A DNA stretch of 64,000 bases from Mobula birostris (lineage: Eukaryota). Where the stretch lies: positions 87,935,921 through 87,999,920 of the forward strand of contig NC_092383.1 of NCBI RefSeq assembly GCF_030028105.1. The letters are read 5' to 3'. The notes under the pieces were generated by a model. It was not told the DNA's origin. It searched no databases and saw only the letters and a program-made list of their open reading frames with translations. Within the stretch, counting starts at the first letter, position 1; each line of letters begins with the position of its first letter. A program made the position numbers and the translations under genes. This document shows positions 61,874 through 64,000 of this stretch, in pieces.

Positions 61874-63260
61874 ATGGCTAATCCTTTATTCCCCTCCTCA
61901 GCCCCAATACCCAGCCTTCTTCCAAAACCTTTGATGCCATGTCCATTCACCTTTCAAGCTCTACCTTAATTACACCCAACAACCTGGCCTCCACAGCTGC
62001 CTGTGGTAATAAATTCCACAAATAAACCATCAAAAATTTCTCCACATTTTTGTTTTAAATAGATGCGCCTCTATCCTGAGGAAGTACCCTCTATTCCTAG
62101 GCTCCCCCACCATGGGAAACATCCTATCCATATCTACTGTCTAGGCCTTTCAACATTCGAAAGGTTCCAATCAGATTTCCCCTCATCCTTCTAAATCCCA
62201 GCAAGTACAGACCCACAGCTATCAAACATTCCTTGTATGATAACCCTTTCATTCCCAGAATCATTCTTGTGAATCTCCTCTGAACCACCTCCAATGCCAG
62301 CACATCCTTTTGTAGATGAGGAGCCCAAAACTGTTCACAATACTCAAAGTGAGGATTCACCAGTGCCTTATAAAGCCTCAGCATCACATTCCTTCTCTTG
62401 TATTCTAGACCTCTTGAAATGAATGCTAACATTGCATTTGCCTTCCTCACCACCAACTCAACCTTTAGGTTGTTCTGCACAAGGACTCCGAAGTCCCTTT
62501 GCATCTCAGATTTTTGGATTTTCTCCCCATTTAGAAAATAGTCTGCATATTTATTTCTTCCAGCAAAGTGTGTGACCATGCATTTTCCAACATTGTATTC
62601 CATTTGCCACTCTCTTGCCCATTCTCCTAATCTGTCTAAGTCCTTCTGCAGCCTATCTACTTCCTCAACACTACCTGCCCCTACGCCAGTCTTCGTATCA
62701 CCTGCAATCTTGGCAAAAAGCCACCTATTCCATCATCTAAATCATTGATATACTGCATAAAAAGCAGTGCCAACAGCAACCCCCGCTGAACATCACTAGT
62801 CTTAGGCAGCCAACCAGAAAAGGATCCTTTTATTCCCATTCACTGCAGTCTCCTATCAATCAGTCACAACACCATACCTGACAATCTACAACAGTGCAAC
62901 AAGATCATCCACCTGATTTGTTACATTTTTTTCTCTCTGGAGCCTTGCTTTTTAGGCTCTGCCTGTATACAGCGAGGAAGAGGACAGGCAAGTGATCCAA
63001 TTTACCAAAATGCAGTCTGGGCAAGAAACAGCAGGCATTCATTAACATACTGCAGCAGCAGTCCAGAATGTAGGGACCTCTGGTGCTACAGATTATATGG
63101 TGGCGGTAACTGAGCAGGGTATTCTTCAAACAGGGCTGGTTGAAGTCTCCAGCTACAATTGGAAATGTGTCAGGATGGGCTGCTTCTTGTCTGCAGACAC
63201 ATGCAGTGTTGTGGATGCTTGCTTATTGTCGGCCACTGGTGGTGCATGAGCTGCTGTCAG
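61874..63260 (-). mobile_element. CR1 3' fragment (61874-62863) plus Rex1-like fragment (62864-63260), paralogous to 7938-9316
   Basis: ORF 62124-62603 vs 8231-8674; ORF 62905-63129 vs 9020-9331. Confidence 0.88.
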
Positions 63261-63290
63261 GATCACAGATGATAACTTCCAAAGCAAATA

Positions 63291-64000
63291 CAGGTGTCCC
63301 CCGCTTTTCGAATGTTCGCTTTACAAAACCTCACTGTTACGAAAGACCTACATTAGTACCCTATTTTCACTTTCAGAAGGTGTTTTCACTGTTACGAAGA
63401 AAGGCAGCGCGCGATAAAAGGCAGCGCACACCCTCAGCAGACGCTGTGCCCCGGATTTGGAATGACATTGCTTAAACACGTTGCATTGAGCAGCCATTAG
63501 CAAGATGAGTTCTAAGGTGTCGGAAAAGCCTGAAAGAGCTCATAAGGGTGTTACACTTAGCATAAAGCTAGAAATAATTAAGCGTTTCAATCGTGGTGAA
63601 TGAAGCAAGGACAAAGTGAGTTTGGCTTGTAGAAGTTGACGAAGATGATATTGAAGAGGTTTTAGCATCCCATGACCAAGAACTGATAGATGAAGAGCTG
63701 ATGCAATTGGAAGAGGAAAGGATAACAATCGAAACCGAATGCAGAAAGTGAAGCAACTGTGTGATATTTTTGCTGCAATGATAAAGTACAACTTTAATTT
63801 TGAAAGGGTACGTAGGTTTAGGGGATATTTGCAGGATGGGTTGAGTGCTTACAAACAACTGTATGATAGAAAAATGCTCGAGGCTCAGCAGTCAAGCAAG
63901 CCTTCCACAGCAGACGACAAACCTCAACCTTTGACATCGAGGCAGGCAGTCATAGGAGATGATGAGCCGCCTGCCCTGATCGACGATAAGATGACACCCC
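63291..64000 (+). mobile_element. Internally deleted Tigger (Tc1/mariner-pogo) element, runs off the right edge
   Basis: TA|CAGGTGTCCCCC terminus; HTH remnant (TLSIKLEIIKRF) and acidic C-terminus EVDEDDIEEVLASHDQELIDEELMQLEEER. Confidence 0.8.

Overview
Eukaryotic genomic DNA, most likely from a cartilaginous fish, probably a ray. This is inferred from the repeat landscape: HE1/V-type SINEs, several CR1 subfamilies, Penelope-derived hairpin elements and PNMA-type Gypsy. Most of the window is decayed transposable elements, and almost all ORF-track entries are TE fragments or noise. One host gene can be assembled by hand on the + strand from splice sites and reading phase. It is a CD300/pIgR/TREM-family (MDIR-like) immune receptor with a leader exon (16554-16593), two four-cysteine Ig V exons (19054-19365, 23240-23551) and a short stalk exon (25445-25475). 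Downstream lie three transmembrane-type exons that all accept the stalk's phase-2 donor: a degenerate tandem copy (27979), an Arg-containing activating-type exon (28233-28340) and a neutral exon (50645-50734). The neutral exon is followed by an ITIM-bearing terminal exon (~52518-52734) whose second ITIM is cut by TGA. This suggests one ectodomain with switchable activating and inhibitory modules; that model is inference and needs transcript data. A ~6 kb TE mosaic occurs twice, ~54-55 kb apart, with shared junctions, which points to a tandemly duplicated gene cluster. Other notable items are a nested TE stack (HERO in L1 in Gypsy in SINE), an internally deleted Chapaev3 with TAA TSD, Gypsy elements with tRNA-Leu and tRNA-Pro primer sites, and hammerhead-ribozyme-like motifs in short palindromic retroposons. 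No database searches were run; family names come from recognised motifs.
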